Shown piece by piece: positions 7,789-17,146 of a stretch of DNA of 21,098 bases. Source of the DNA: Candidatus Hodarchaeota archaeon. GTDB taxonomy: Archaea; Asgardarchaeota; Heimdallarchaeia; Hodarchaeales; Hodarchaeaceae. The notes under the pieces were generated by a model that saw only the letters and a program-made list of their open reading frames with translations, was not told where the DNA came from and did not search any database. The stretch lies in contig JAHQWW010000066.1 in assembly GCA_029856365.1 (NCBI GenBank), positions 1 to 21,098 of the forward strand. The letters are read 5' to 3'. Both the position numbers and the translations under genes were made by a program. Positions within the stretch are counted from its first letter, which is position 1, and each line of letters begins with the position of its first letter.

Positions 7789-9006
7789 TTATAACTTCTT
7801 TCCTTCTTTCATTCGTTTGGCAGTTTCTTCTGGAAAGATATGTGACAGTCTATGATCATCAAGAATTTCTGCTCCACCAATTCTTTGGATTGGAATAATA
7901 TCAATAAGCATATGAATGGGGGTCGAAAATCCAAAATGCTTTTGTCGAAAGAGAATATTTCTATCAAAAAAAATATGTAGCTTTCTTCCATACTGTTTAA
8001 TAAACAGACTAAGAACGTGATTAACAAATTTTAACGCTTTTGCTAAAGAAATGATTTCAGGAGCTTCTAATTCCCAAAGAGAGGAAACATGACGTTTCGG
8101 TAGGAGTCGGATGTGTCCATCTCTTTCTGGGGCATACGCAGTGAAAGCCAGCCAATTTTCATCCTCCCAAATTATTCTTTCCTGAATGTGTAATCGCTGA
8201 CCAATCGGGTCAACATTTAATCCTTTACTGTATTTACATCCCAAACAAAAGGAATCTTTACCAATTAGTTGTCTATTCTGGTCAAATGAGAGAAAAAAAC
8301 TGTGATCTTTCCATCCATGGCCTCCATCCGCATACAACAACGTCTGACTATGTAGATGAGGAATACTAGCTCCTGCTCTTGAACCAATATTGTAAAAATG
8401 AAACACAGTGTTAGTACTATTGTCCCTCTCTGAGAAACTTCTTTGACTTGTTTCTATTGTAAGAATTATGTTCTTTAAATAAAGAACCATTTCGTCAATG
8501 GGCACTTCCTCAATAGCCTGATAATGTTTAGAAAAAATATGTAGTAAGGGTATTCCTTTTGTTATTTTCTTGTTAATTTGAAACAGATTCTCTCTGGGAG
8601 GCATAACTCGAGCCATAGGAGTGAATAAATTAATAATAGAAAATACTTTTGTTTCGCTAAGGTTCTCCAAGGTTGGTTCTATACTTAATGGACTTTTACT
8701 CATAGTTAAATCTTGGGAAACACAAATTGAAGGGAGCTCCCCTGCAATCAAGCGACAAAACGAATCTTTTCCTTCTTCTAATTGGTCAATTTGAAAGTCA
8801 TTTTGAGTGCTAATGTATTCATCAGGTCTGTCTGCTCTTAAAGTACTAATGATAGAATAATGACCAATCATTGTTCCCTCTTTAGTAACATAAGTTCGGA
8901 ACGGATCCAATCTTACATCAGGTAATAGTTCTAGTTTGTGATATATCCCCCAAAAACCTTCCGAAACGAATAAATCTTTTGTAATTGCCTTCAAATCTTT
9001 ATTCAT
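7789..9006 (-). CDS. GalT-like NDP-sugar:sugar-1-phosphate nucleotidyltransferase (HIT superfamily)
   Basis: N-terminal RLDPF..RADRP, active site NIGSRAGASIPHLHSQ, FCLGC, second domain AYAPERDGHIRLLPKRH, C-terminal FPEETAKRMK. Substrate unknown. Confidence 0.85.
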   Translation of the reverse strand: MNKDLKAITKDLFVSEGFWGIYHKLELLPDVRLDPFRTYVTKEGTMIGHYSIISTLRADRPDEYISTQNDFQIDQLEEGKDSFCRLIAGELPSICVSQDLTMSKSPLSIEPTLENLSETKVFSIINLFTPMARVMPPRENLFQINKKITKGIPLLHIFSKHYQAIEEVPIDEMVLYLKNIILTIETSQRSFSERDNSTNTVFHFYNIGSRAGASIPHLHSQTLLYADGGHGWKDHSFFLSFDQNRQLIGKDSFCLGCKYSKGLNVDPIGQRLHIQERIIWEDENWLAFTAYAPERDGHIRLLPKRHVSSLWELEAPEIISLAKALKFVNHVLSLFIKQYGRKLHIFFDRNILFRQKHFGFSTPIHMLIDIIPIQRIGGAEILDDHRLSHIFPEETAKRMKEGKKL

Positions 9007-9160
9007 AGGACTAGACCTTGTTCATTACAGTTAAGAGGTAACTTGGAGTTTTTCCAGTTGTTGTTAAAAGCTTATCATAGATAGTGATTCTTTAAAAATA
9101 ATAGTCCTACAAAGTGAACAATTCATTCTTCAAAAACATTAATTGGAGCCCTTAGAAAAT

Positions 9161-9188
9161 AAAATCACGATAAGCAATATGTGATTTT
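9161..9188. promoter_or_regulatory. Inverted repeat AAAATCAC-N12-GTGATTTT in the divergent GalT-like/RtcB-like intergenic region
   Basis: 8-bp arms at 9161-9168 and 9181-9188; resembles the site at 6553-6575. Confidence 0.45.
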
Positions 9189-9400
9189 TGTCAGATATAA
9201 AGTAATTTTAATTGACAGAGATGGGTGTATTAGCTTAAAAATCATTGGGAAAAAAAATCGTCAGAATGCCTTTTTATATAATGAAGCTTCAATTAGCATC
9301 AACTCCTGGAAGAACGTTCCCCTTTCTTCCATTAAAGAAGATTACTCATTCTGATTATTTAATGCAATATAATTCAATCTGATTCTGGTGATGAGGAAAA

Positions 9401-10639
9401 ATGCAAGAAATCCAGAAGATGAGTCGAGGAAAATTATTAGAAAGAGCTAAGAAGTTTATTTTCTCTACAGCGCTTGCAGATAGCGCTAGCAAACTTAGCC
9501 GATTGAATTTTCGCTATGGACTGGCAAAAATGCATCTTGTACAAGAACATCTGGGAATGAATCCTACAGCCACGTTTATAGCAGCCCCTGATTGCACCAT
9601 TACCCGAAATCTGCAACGTTGGCGAAATGGCATCGGGTATGGGGGAAAAGTGACGTGGGGAGACGGGACAGATCCACTAATATTCATTGATACAATGCCA
9701 AATGCCTGTGGTATGCTTGTAGGAACCCTAGATGCAATTCCTGATCCTATCGAGCTGATTCAAAGAGTCCACGATATGAACGCGCGGAGTGGAGAAATAC
9801 GAATTGAGGGAGTACCCATTCATTGGAATTTTGGTAGTGGGAACCATTTTATTAATGTATTTGAGGTGTTTCCCAATCCAGCTGTTGGTGATTCAGCGGA
9901 TCTCCCCCAATACTCATTTATTACTCATAGCTCTCCTTCAGAATTAAAATCAGACAATAATCCACGAGAATTGGGATTATATTACCATCTATCAAAGAAT
10001 TTACAGGAGATATCCGAGACCCTAGAGACACCATTTGGTTCGATAAACTATGTAGTTGATAATGGAGCCTATAAATATTTAGAATTTTTCCACTGGGCTG
10101 ATAGAATAGGAGCTGAAAGACGAAAAGTTGCAGGAAAGTTATTGTTTGATGATTTCGAAGTGATCACAAATAAAACCCATCAAGGATTAGTGCATATGAA
10201 CGAAGTGGCTTTAGGAACTCATGTTTTTAGTACTAAAAATGGAACTGATCTATATCCATTGACATTGCGATCCGACCTCCCCTGTTATTTGATGAAAGGA
10301 TTCCCAAACTTTAATGAAGAAGCGATAGAAACGTTAAATTTCGCCGACCGGATGCGAATCTTTGGTTTAGAGGAACGAATACACAACGCAAATATCCTCC
10401 CTCATGGTGGAGGCTATTCATTTCCGCATATAATAGCCATTCCCGAGATTTTTGAGACAGTAGAGAAACGAAGGTACTTTTCTGTAGATTTGGGGACAGG
10501 AATTGGAGCAAAAATCTTTGAAACTCCTCGAGAATTACAGTTCTCCTACCGGGGAAGACAAGTTCTGGTTCAAACCATAGATCTAGGACTAGGTGAAATT
10601 GTTGCGCGAATGGTACCCCGTTTTGCGTTAAAAATATGA
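9401..10639 (+). CDS. Highly divergent RtcB-fold protein
   Basis: Colinear RtcB motifs: APD64, PNAC103G, GSGN148H149F, TH176S, TH260Q, PH335GGG, ETP..SYR, C-terminal RMVP..K411. GGTGATGAGG RBS upstream. Confidence 0.75.
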   Translation: MQEIQKMSRGKLLERAKKFIFSTALADSASKLSRLNFRYGLAKMHLVQEHLGMNPTATFIAAPDCTITRNLQRWRNGIGYGGKVTWGDGTDPLIFIDTMPNACGMLVGTLDAIPDPIELIQRVHDMNARSGEIRIEGVPIHWNFGSGNHFINVFEVFPNPAVGDSADLPQYSFITHSSPSELKSDNNPRELGLYYHLSKNLQEISETLETPFGSINYVVDNGAYKYLEFFHWADRIGAERRKVAGKLLFDDFEVITNKTHQGLVHMNEVALGTHVFSTKNGTDLYPLTLRSDLPCYLMKGFPNFNEEAIETLNFADRMRIFGLEERIHNANILPHGGGYSFPHIIAIPEIFETVEKRRYFSVDLGTGIGAKIFETPRELQFSYRGRQVLVQTIDLGLGEIVARMVPRFALKI

Positions 10640-10807
10640 TTTTATGTCTCCAGAGAAAACCATTGCTAAAAATCCAGAAGAGTATCCACCTTAGAAAAAG
10701 TGTGGGTTATATTTCTTATGTACCAAATGTCTGATTAGCAGCATAATACTTAGGTAGAATCCAGTTTTCAAAGTAAAAATGCTGTATGAACATATATACC
10801 TCGTAAT

Positions 10808-12517
10808 TTATCTCCTAAACCAAATATCTACTCTTTTATCAATAGTTTCAACTAGACTAAAGGTTAAATTGAGTTCTTGCACAAGTGAAACGTTATAATT
10901 GATTTTTGCTCGCCAGTATTGATAATGAGGTGATATTAAGTAATTAAAACCATATCTGCGCTGTTTCGTTAGAAAATCATATTGCCAATCACTTCGCCAT
11001 CTGAAACTACTTCCAGGATCATTTTTAAAATTCATAGAGATATTTTTGTGAAGGTATGTCCAACCTCCTGTGTAAAACCATTGTGAAAAAACTATTACCC
11101 CTGTTGAATTTTCTTGATCCCCAACCCATTCAAGTGCTTTGTTAACATCATGGAAAAAAGCCCAATCAACCTTATTAGCACTTGCAGCACTTGAACTGAC
11201 CGCAAATAAACTAGCTATAAGAAGGAGGCCAAGTTGCAAAAAGGTGAGTTCTCTCTGGTTTGGCATCCGTGAAATGTTAAATTTCGGTAGAATATAGCCA
11301 TATACATAACGATAGGAGTATCTAATGATTGAATAATATTCTTTCATAGCAGACGCAAAAAGAATGATGATGACTGGAAATATAGAAAAGATAAAACGTT
11401 CCTCCTTATGTTCAACTAACGACATGACAACCAATGATATCAAAATCCATACAAGTAATTCTAAAATCGCGAAGAACCACTCATCACGAATTATACCTTC
11501 ACATTTATGGAGAGTCACTTGGATTCTGTAGATCAGCATGCCAACAAGAATACTAAAATTGACCAAGTAAAAAGGTTTGACCAATATCCTACCAAAATAA
11601 TAAAAAAAAGGTTGAACACCAAATTTCGAACTTTTACCTTTAATAATGTTATATTGGAACCAATTTATTGGAGACACTAAAAAGGTACCATAGAAATAAA
11701 GATCATTCAATCCTTGTATGAAGAACATTCCTATAAAACCAATGGCTATGCATAAATATTGTAACAGCATTTTCCAGTTATTTTGATGACGAAGGAGAAA
11801 AAAAGGGGCAAAAAACACAACTGAATCCATTCGAAGAGCACAGGCTAATCCTAGCAAAGCGCCTGCGAAAAATTCAGATACTATAAGCTTGAGAGGGGAA
11901 TAGTCATTCTTTCTCTTTGTAGTACGTAAGTGAAGAAGCAAAGCCCCAAAAATTATGGGTGTTACAAATGAATTGGTGAGTGTGCGAATACCAAAGAAGG
12001 GGAACTGAAACCAAAATGTCGTTAAAAAGGCAGCAAATAATGAGAAGGTATAGGGAGACCTTTGAGGAGGAAGAAGTTCTTTAGAAAAATAGTAAACAAT
12101 GGGGATCAGAGTAGTGCAATAGGTAGCTGAGAAAATCCTCACAACACGCAGGGTTCCATCGTTCTGATGTGGGATACCTAGTGCTTCACATAACTCAAAG
12201 ATGTAATAATACAACAAAGGAAAAAGATAGGATCGTGCAGCTCCCTCCTCTTCAGGAGTAGTAGGAATATGGAACTCCCACGGAATATAACCATAACCAA
12301 ATTTCAAGTCGTGTGCAATTTCAAGTGATTGGTATATTTCGTCAGGATGCACCATTCCACCTGTATTCACAGCCAAATAAATCCGAAGAAGCCATCCCAC
12401 GACAATTAGTATTGTTAAGGTGACAAGCTCTGTATGTTGTCGGATCCAAGCGCCCAAAAAATTCATACGGGTATGAATTCGGGATAATGTCTCCATGTCT
12501 CTCTTTTCCAATGACAT
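10808..12517 (-). CDS. GT-C glycosyltransferase family 22 (PIG-B/Gpi10/Alg9-like) polyprenol-P-sugar-dependent mannosyltransferase
   Basis: HPDEIYQSLEIAH, GYIPWEF, RSYLFP, RTLTNS, HKEERFI; multiple TM segments. Confidence 0.85.
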   Translation of the reverse strand: MSLEKRDMETLSRIHTRMNFLGAWIRQHTELVTLTILIVVGWLLRIYLAVNTGGMVHPDEIYQSLEIAHDLKFGYGYIPWEFHIPTTPEEEGAARSYLFPLLYYYIFELCEALGIPHQNDGTLRVVRIFSATYCTTLIPIVYYFSKELLPPQRSPYTFSLFAAFLTTFWFQFPFFGIRTLTNSFVTPIIFGALLLHLRTTKRKNDYSPLKLIVSEFFAGALLGLACALRMDSVVFFAPFFLLRHQNNWKMLLQYLCIAIGFIGMFFIQGLNDLYFYGTFLVSPINWFQYNIIKGKSSKFGVQPFFYYFGRILVKPFYLVNFSILVGMLIYRIQVTLHKCEGIIRDEWFFAILELLVWILISLVVMSLVEHKEERFIFSIFPVIIILFASAMKEYYSIIRYSYRYVYGYILPKFNISRMPNQRELTFLQLGLLLIASLFAVSSSAASANKVDWAFFHDVNKALEWVGDQENSTGVIVFSQWFYTGGWTYLHKNISMNFKNDPGSSFRWRSDWQYDFLTKQRRYGFNYLISPHYQYWRAKINYNVSLVQELNLTFSLVETIDKRVDIWFRR

Positions 12518-12911
12518 TTTAAGATTAATTGTTGTTAATCGAAAATGATTCTTAAATTGTTTCTTCTCATGTGATTAATAGGTTAGAAATATTGTTAATT
12601 CCGTCCTCATATTCTGAATTTTTTTGTCTCTAGTGATTCAATCAAGTTCGTGATATCAAACTAAATTAAACAAACGAAATTAGTACTCAATAGTGAAACA
12701 ATGATAGGTATAAAAATAATGAGAAAGTACAAATCCTAAAAGATTACTTTTAAGTAACATCCCAATAATTAATAGTTCAGTCACCTAAAGCATCAGGTTA
12801 CCACGAGTGTCTTTCAAATCGGATTGATACCCAGAAATTAGTTTCGTACCCATGGTACTATTATATTTATAAGTTAATTTGATGATAATAAGCATATGGA
12901 GCCAAATTATT

Positions 12912-14126
12912 ATGGGACTCTTTAAACTCTTTATGAAATCAATTATCTTCAGTACACGCTCCCGAAGACGGTTTTTTCCGTTCGTAATCATCTTTTGCAT
13001 TCTTAGTTGTGCTACAATTATCCTACTTTATAATTTTGATAACTTTTCACGTGAAGGATTACTTGTCCATCGCGGGGTAGTGGTTGAGATTAGTACTTTA
13101 GGAACTGTAGACTATGGTGAGGCTAAAACAGCAATTGGTACAAATATTCCAGGTGCCGAGGCAGTTATTTACTATAGATATGTGGATTTTGGAAACAATT
13201 TACGAATCTGTAGTATTAACACGAAATATAAATGGGCATTTTCAGAAATAAAACCTAATGATCTCGTTAGTGGCAGTTTTCCTGGAAATGATAGGGAAGC
13301 GTTAGTTTCAGATAAGGTATTACTCACACTTTCTGATGAGGAGGGAGCTCCAGCAGTTAGAATATTTACGAAGCCTGTTGTAGGGGCAAAATTTAAAATA
13401 GGAATTAGCAATGAAACTACTTTCGAATTAAAAATCTCTGGTATTTTTAAGAGACCTGATCCCCCTTCTAATATAGCTTCTGGCCGAGAATGGATCCTTA
13501 TTCCAGAAGATTCTTTTGAAACATTAATAGGTGGACAAAATCTTGGATATGGAGATACTCAGATTAATATTCACTCAATATCTATAATTGCTAGCGGTGA
13601 TGTATTCTCTGGTGCATCCTATAGTAATGTTGACAGGATTGCAGCTAGCCTTGATGACCTCGGAGCAGAATATAGGAGCCCCATTTATACCTCAAAGACA
13701 GATAAAGATGCACAAAGAAATATGATGTTTCTTTCCTTACTCTTTGGAATATTCGGAACATTTATGGTAAGTACATTATATTCTTATCTAATTACTCGGT
13801 TTCGTCGGCGTGAAGTGGCAGTTCTTAAAGCGATGGGATATTCTGGATGGGATGTTCGAATAGTAGTATTGTGTGAGATTTTAGTGGTCGCAATTACAGG
13901 ATTCATAATCGGATTGGTCACTATTCAAGGATACCTATGGTTAATTCGTCAAAGTACATACTTTTATCAGTTTATCAATTTTTCATATAATCTTCCTTTT
14001 CTCACTCCTTCCCTAACGGCAGTAATGTCCTTTCTTGCCGTAGTTCTCTCATGCATTCCTGGTTTCTTCCTGATAACGATCAGAATTCTCTCAGTTCGCC
14101 CTATAGAGATATTCAGACAAAAGTGA
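12912..14126 (+). CDS. ABC transporter permease, FtsX/MacB/LolE-like
   Basis: N-terminal TM, large extracytoplasmic domain, RRREVAVLKAMG motif, three C-terminal TMs, ends SVRPIEIFR. Confidence 0.9.
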   Translation: MGLFKLFMKSIIFSTRSRRRFFPFVIIFCILSCATIILLYNFDNFSREGLLVHRGVVVEISTLGTVDYGEAKTAIGTNIPGAEAVIYYRYVDFGNNLRICSINTKYKWAFSEIKPNDLVSGSFPGNDREALVSDKVLLTLSDEEGAPAVRIFTKPVVGAKFKIGISNETTFELKISGIFKRPDPPSNIASGREWILIPEDSFETLIGGQNLGYGDTQINIHSISIIASGDVFSGASYSNVDRIAASLDDLGAEYRSPIYTSKTDKDAQRNMMFLSLLFGIFGTFMVSTLYSYLITRFRRREVAVLKAMGYSGWDVRIVVLCEILVVAITGFIIGLVTIQGYLWLIRQSTYFYQFINFSYNLPFLTPSLTAVMSFLAVVLSCIPGFFLITIRILSVRPIEIFRQK

Positions 14127-14136
14127 GGCGTGAAAA

Positions 14137-14814
14137 ATGAGTAATAGAGTCTTAATTGAAGCCAAAAACCTTATGAAGGAATATATCCGAGGTAAAAGAG
14201 AAGTTGTGATGGCAGTAAATGATGTAGATATACAAATTCCAAAAGGCAAAATGGTTTTGGTGACAGGGCCCTCAGGGTCAGGAAAATCAACTCTACTAAA
14301 CATTCTTTCTGGGTTAGACAAACCCACAGAAGGGAAAGTCCTCTATGAAGATGAAAACATTGCAGAATGGGATGAAGAAAAATTAGCTAAGTTTCGACGG
14401 GGAAACGTTGGATTTATATTTCAAAACTGGGAACTTATTCCCATCATGACTGCTCTGGAGAATATAGAGTCACCTCTTTATCCTCTGAAAATTAAAAGCA
14501 AAGAGATTCGGACACGTGCAATCTCTCTTCTAAAACAGGTAGGCCTGTGGGATAAAGCAGATAATTACCCTGATGAACTAAGCGGAGGAGAACAACAACG
14601 AATAGGTATTGCCCGAGCTCTAGTCGGTAAACCACGAATAATCTTTGCAGATGAACCGACAGGAAATCTAGATGTCGATAACGCGGCCTCGATCATGAGG
14701 CTCCTCAAGAGCTTCACAAAACGGGATACGTCGGTCTTAACAGTAACCCACAACGAAGAACTCAAGAAATACGCCGATCTGACTCATAGGATGTCCTCAG
14801 GTAGATTTGTTTAA
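14137..14814 (+). CDS. ABC transporter ATP-binding protein (LolD/MacB type)
   Basis: Walker [11 protein letters not shown]-loop GFIFQ, signature [22 protein letters not shown]. Confidence 0.95.
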   Translation: MSNRVLIEAKNLMKEYIRGKREVVMAVNDVDIQIPKGKMVLVTGPSGSGKSTLLNILSGLDKPTEGKVLYEDENIAEWDEEKLAKFRRGNVGFIFQNWELIPIMTALENIESPLYPLKIKSKEIRTRAISLLKQVGLWDKADNYPDELSGGEQQRIGIARALVGKPRIIFADEPTGNLDVDNAASIMRLLKSFTKRDTSVLTVTHNEELKKYADLTHRMSSGRFV

Positions 14815-15189
14815 AATAGGTCTTGAATACTATTGGAACAATGTTCAAAAAACAGCAACTTATTTCTTTGGATCAGCCTGTTATTTGTATTCACATCAAG
14901 CTCAGGACGATTTGTTTAGAACATCTTTCTCCAGTTCTTTTTATAAAAAAAATATTTGTTCAATAGTTAGAATAGTGGTATGGTTTCTGCTAATTCAAAA
15001 CTGCAGAGTTGATTGTAGTAGAATATATAAAGGGTAGTAGGTTCTGCAGAACACCAGTCATAGGTCAAAAGGAAGATTGACCAAAAGTTACGAGACGATT
15101 GATTACCAAACTGAAAGTGCTGATGTCTGTTATAATTGATCTGCAACAACAAATTTTCAGACGTATTTATGTATCGGATTTGGCATATT

Positions 15190-15798
15190 TCAACTCATAA
15201 TTATAATCATTAATAGCATTTTCTTCAAAAAATGAACCAACTCCTCATCAGTGGGAAATATTGGAGTAATAAACAAATGACGGTGGATAAGCGCTTCTAA
15301 CGTATTAAAGACCACTGATAATGTAAAGATTAAGGATTTTATAGGTACATTCTGGAAAAAATTATTACTCTCTCGGATCTCTTTGGCAATATTCTCAAAT
15401 AATTGATTGATGGTATCGCCATAATCCTTGAAAAGTTCTTTATTGGATAGGATCGCCTGATTGACAGCTAAATGATACTGATAGTTCTCACGATGGACTC
15501 TTAGATGTTTTCGGATTATATGTCCAACCACCTCAGGCAGATTGCTTTCATTCATACTGTTAAAGTCTTCAATATCAAAGATTCTGTCAGACGTATGTTC
15601 AAGAGTCCCTTTCATAATAGATGATTTGCCATCAGGAAAATAACGATAGATAGTGCCTATACTAACATTTGTGATCTCTGCAATAAGATTAGTTGTGATT
15701 TTATCAAATCCTATCTGATTTAGAAGCTCATAAAAAGTAGTGTAGATAGAATTAATTTTTTCCTGCTTATTACGAGAAAATTTCTTTGATTTCTCCAT
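15190..15798 (-). CDS. TetR/AcrR family transcriptional regulator
   Basis: GFDKITTNLIAEITNVSIGTIYRYFPDGK. Confidence 0.92.
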   Translation of the reverse strand: MEKSKKFSRNKQEKINSIYTTFYELLNQIGFDKITTNLIAEITNVSIGTIYRYFPDGKSSIMKGTLEHTSDRIFDIEDFNSMNESNLPEVVGHIIRKHLRVHRENYQYHLAVNQAILSNKELFKDYGDTINQLFENIAKEIRESNNFFQNVPIKSLIFTLSVVFNTLEALIHRHLFITPIFPTDEELVHFLKKMLLMIIIMS

Positions 15799-15839
15799 AG
15801 TTCTAACAGAGTCATTGTCACTAAATTAAACTTCTTAAA

Positions 15840-15852
15840 TGAGCAATGCTCA
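15840..15852. promoter_or_regulatory. Palindrome TGAGCA-A-TGCTCA, candidate TetR operator
   Basis: Perfect 6-bp arms in the 98-nt divergent tetR/DUF998 gap; a related degenerate site lies near 15809-15820. Confidence 0.5.
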
Positions 15853-15896
15853 GTTATCTTTAAGCTATAAAAATTAATGTCAAGAAGGATACTCAT

Positions 15897-16613
15897 ATGA
15901 AATTCAAAAATTGGAGGAAATTAGCTTTCATTCTCGCAATGATCGGTGTAACACAGTATATTTTTCTATGTAGTATAGCAATGGTATTTTATCCAGGTGG
16001 TACAGAATTCAATCCCACTACATCAGGCTATTCATTCTTTAAAAACCAGATGAGTGATTTGGGACGAATTCAGTCACTTTCAGGAGAGTCAAATTTTATA
16101 TCTATGGTTCTTTTTATGACTGGCGTAATTTGTGTTAATTTATTTTTCATTCCTTTTTATGTGGCAATGACCTATTTCTTCAACGAAAAGCGAACTGACA
16201 AATTATTTTGTCATTTGGCATCATTTAGTGAAATTATATCGGCATTATTTGGTATAGGTATAGCTCTTTTACCTACTGACCAATTTCCTACAGCTCATCT
16301 GGTAGTTACAATGATATTTAGCATCTTTTTTGTTTTCGCACTTTGTTTAGTTACCGTCCCTATTATTTCAAACAACTCTTATCCAAATCGCTATGGTTAT
16401 ATTATCTTATTATATGCAATTATTCTAGCTTTATATACATTAATAGTCTCAGTGTGTATTAATATATCTACAGAACAAGGACTTTTAATATTAGCAACTG
16501 GTCAAAAAATAATTATCTATTTAGGATTTCTTTGTATCTTCATTCTCGCATTTGGAGCATTTAAGAAGTATAATAAATTAAATATAAAAAGTACAAGCGT
16601 TATATCGTTGTGA
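15897..16613 (+). CDS. DUF998-like multi-pass membrane protein
   Basis: YPGG..GYSFFKNQMSDLG, GIALLPTD..H; about 6 TM. Confidence 0.7.
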   Translation: MKFKNWRKLAFILAMIGVTQYIFLCSIAMVFYPGGTEFNPTTSGYSFFKNQMSDLGRIQSLSGESNFISMVLFMTGVICVNLFFIPFYVAMTYFFNEKRTDKLFCHLASFSEIISALFGIGIALLPTDQFPTAHLVVTMIFSIFFVFALCLVTVPIISNNSYPNRYGYIILLYAIILALYTLIVSVCINISTEQGLLILATGQKIIIYLGFLCIFILAFGAFKKYNKLNIKSTSVISL

Positions 16614-16653
16614 AACACAAAATTCTTAACAACAAAAGAAATCCTCTCTTGAT

Positions 16654-17145
16654 ATGCAAGATCATTTAATTAATGCTATTTCTAGTGGTTTTTACGGTGA
16701 ATGGACTCATATCGATCCGAAATACGCCTTAATTGGGTTGACTCCATCAAATGCAAGGAAAAAACCCGATGGGAGTGCCCACTCGTGTTGGGAGCTTCTT
16801 CATCACATTGTTATTTGGCAGGATACCATTATTAGACATATTCAAGGAGAAACACTTAATTGGAATGACATAGAAGCCAAAGACAATTGGCCGACAACAG
16901 AATCCATGAAAGATGACTCTAATTTTAGTACACTATTAGTTAGATTTTATTCCGGTGTTGAAAAAGCTACCATGCTATTAACTAGTGTAGATTTCTTGAA
17001 GACATCAGGAGGATTTCCTGAATTATCAACAATCAAATTATATATTGTACTTCTTCAGCATACTTCTTATCACATTGGTCAAATTATTACTGTCAGACAA
17101 TGTTTAGGAGATAGTCCAAAGCCTCCAAATCCTAATGATAACTAG
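16654..17145 (+). CDS. DinB/YfiT-like four-helix metalloprotein
   Basis: HSCWELLHHIVIWQ and LLQHTSYHIGQI (His triad). Confidence 0.88.
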   Translation: MQDHLINAISSGFYGEWTHIDPKYALIGLTPSNARKKPDGSAHSCWELLHHIVIWQDTIIRHIQGETLNWNDIEAKDNWPTTESMKDDSNFSTLLVRFYSGVEKATMLLTSVDFLKTSGGFPELSTIKLYIVLLQHTSYHIGQIITVRQCLGDSPKPPNPNDN

Positions 17146-17146
17146 A

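Noticed and set aside
9401-10639. Assigning the gene symbol rtcB (and galT for 7789-9006)
   Set aside because: Motif divergence makes the canonical functions unproven, so the symbols are withheld.
14807-15152. Short ORFs 14807-15037 (+) and 14967-15152 (-), or a gene remnant
   Set aside because: No motifs or convincing RBS, and they overlap each other. Treated as non-coding.
3974-15831. ACTAAATTA recurring in intergenic regions (3974, 4016 reverse, 12660, 15820)
   Set aside because: This AT-rich 9-mer is expected about once by chance in such a window, and two of the copies are the hairpin arms. The evidence is too weak.
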